This document shows, piece by piece, positions 63,079-64,000 of a stretch of DNA of 64,000 nucleotides; position 1 is the stretch's first letter; each line of letters starts with the position of its first letter. The position numbers and the translations under genes were made by a program. Origin of the DNA: Antedon mediterranea (Eukaryota; Animalia; Echinodermata); the NCBI RefSeq assembly GCF_964355755.1, contig NC_092671.1, positions 3,472,001 to 3,536,000 of the forward strand, read 5' to 3'. A model generated the notes under the pieces. The model ran no database searches and was not told where the DNA came from. It saw only the letters and a list, made by a program, of their open reading frames with translations.

Positions 63079-64000
63079 TTAATTATCGGTTAATTTTTAG
63101 CTACAGACACGTCACGGCCTATGAACGATCATAAGCAACAATAATTAATTGGGTCATTATTGGTCAACTTGATTTGTTTTCTTGTTGTAACCATGGACGT
63201 ATTTACCTCCATGTTGACACTAAAGCCCAAATAGGTTCTGCACTAACTCCATTACACTATACTGAGATTACTGTTTTTAGAGATACTGTACAACAAAAGC
63301 CTATACAATTATTTGATCTCTTTAAAATTTGGAATATCTTGGGAAGCCTCTGTACGAATTAGGTTAATAAATGTTATTATAAAATAAGTCGCATGAAGCT
63401 CTTTTTTTTTTTCAAGATATACTTCAGGGCCACTGTACTATTTATGATACCACTTCACTGAAACCCTTTCTTTTGTCTGCAATAAATTCATAATGAATGG
63501 ATGGATTTGGAGACTTAAAATGTGATTTTAAACTGGCATTATTTAAACTATAAATACTTTGACTGAATTGTGCACAGGTGTAGACAGGCATACCTAATAT
63601 TTTGACAATGATAAAAAGCGTCTTAATCTTGCTCATAACGTTCATTTGACAACTACCCTTTGTATTTTGTGAATAGCAATATATTCATCCTCAAACACAG
63701 TAAAATACATGGCTTGTTAAAAAAATTCTCATATAAATACAAAAATGAGGTTAAATTTAATCAAGGAATTGAAATTTGTTAAAATACATCGTTCAAAATA
63801 CAAGCAAAATTGGTGCGTTACTCAAATGAATATTTGTTTTATTTGCTATTAGACCGATTGTGAGAATATCTAAGTAGCTCATTACTCCCTCAAGAACATG
63901 CTTCCAAAAATATCCTCATAAACACTTCATTTGCTATAAACTATGTGTCATGATATTATTGCGATGCGGACGACTATTGTTAGTTAATGGCCTGACACAT

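Overview
AT-rich, intron-rich animal genomic DNA; an 18S rRNA fragment suggests an echinoderm (inference). Six protein-coding loci can be spliced by hand with consistent GT-AG sites and phases: (1) the last two coding exons of ARID2 (+); (2) a 3-exon Myb/SANT-like (MSANTD/Harbinger-type) DNA-binding gene (-); (3) divergent from it, a ~4,016-aa type I membrane protein gene (+) with a 9.5-kb exon of internal repeats, two membrane-proximal TSP1 domains and a ~730-aa low-complexity cytoplasmic tail; (4,5) a head-to-head pair of paralogous 5-exon genes, each encoding a secreted protein with signal peptide, short conserved pro-segment, a 127-aa (GGX)n glycine-rich domain and a Spaetzle-type cystine knot; (6) the 5' part of MGAT5 (+), which runs past the window end. 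Non-coding DNA holds many MITEs (pogo/Tc1-, Harbinger-, hAT- and Kolobok-like), Helentron-type HINEs, tRNA-derived SINEs, L2-type LINE ends, Penelope-like remnants and minisatellites. The most notable signal is the pair of glycine-rich/Spaetzle fusion genes. All assignments are by eye; no database searches were run.
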